A stretch of DNA of 61,557 nucleotides, counting the filler, from Choristocarpus tenellus KU-1152 (Eukaryota; Protista; Phaeophyceae): assembly GCA_964200185.2 (NCBI GenBank). It is 11 parts of 11 records of this genome, joined end to end, with 100 filler letters (N's around TTAATTAATTAA, not from the genome) between each part and the next. Parts side by side here need not be neighbours in the genome. Positions count along the whole stretch, not along the records: positions 58,660 to 61,557 come from CAXNAD020023812.1; 10 more parts are not named here. One strand, 5' to 3'. Position 1 is the stretch's first letter. Each line of letters starts with the position of its first letter. Below, piece after piece: positions 61,414-61,557 of this stretch. A program made the translations under genes and the position numbers. The notes beneath the pieces are model-generated. The model was not told the DNA's origin, searched no databases, and worked only from the letters and a program-made list of their open reading frames with translations.

Positions 61414-61557
61414 TATTGCATCGGTAGTGTGTCCAACTTTTTGCCACAATAAGGTTGCAATAAGGTTGCCTTTTTTGCACCCCCTTCTTCGGACAATATT
61501 ACCTCCAAATCACGAACATTCATGAATCGCCGTACTCTGCCCCCCCCCCCTCAACAC

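Noticed and set aside
1-61557. Apparent cluster of ribosome/RNA-processing genes (ANKZF1, DNAJC2, PTB, SYF2, KRI1) as a system
   Set aside because: They lie on separate contigs joined by artificial linkers. Only DNAJC2 and the PTB-like gene are physically adjacent.

Overview
This is eukaryotic genomic DNA, very probably from a brown alga (Phaeophyceae), because it contains a spliced mannuronan C5-epimerase gene. It is not one locus. Eleven unrelated contigs are joined by an artificial 100-nt linker (44N-TTAATTAATTAA-44N), so gene neighbourhood across linkers means nothing. I assembled exons by hand, checking splice sites and reading-frame phase. Complete or near-complete genes: ANKZF1/Vms1 (6 exons) and DNAJC2/zuotin (13 exons), the latter head-to-head with a PTB/hnRNP-L-like gene. 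Partial genes: a FIST-domain protein, a mannuronan C5-epimerase with two N-terminal Cys-rich modules, an SDR42E1-like 3-beta-HSD, a cyclophilin-SYF2 fusion, KRI1, an S10 serine carboxypeptidase with an FN3 domain, and the last exon of 5-formyl-THF cyclo-ligase. Repeats include a MITE family, a second dispersed repeat, decayed Copia and mariner-like (DD40D) elements, several minisatellites and telomere-like CCCTAA tracts. There is no CRISPR array, tRNA or rRNA. I found no convincing new multi-gene system. The best leads are the cyclophilin-SYF2 fusion, its triplicated splice-acceptor cassette, and the intron-containing FIST/NosP-like gene. All family calls come from recognising motifs by eye, not from database searches.
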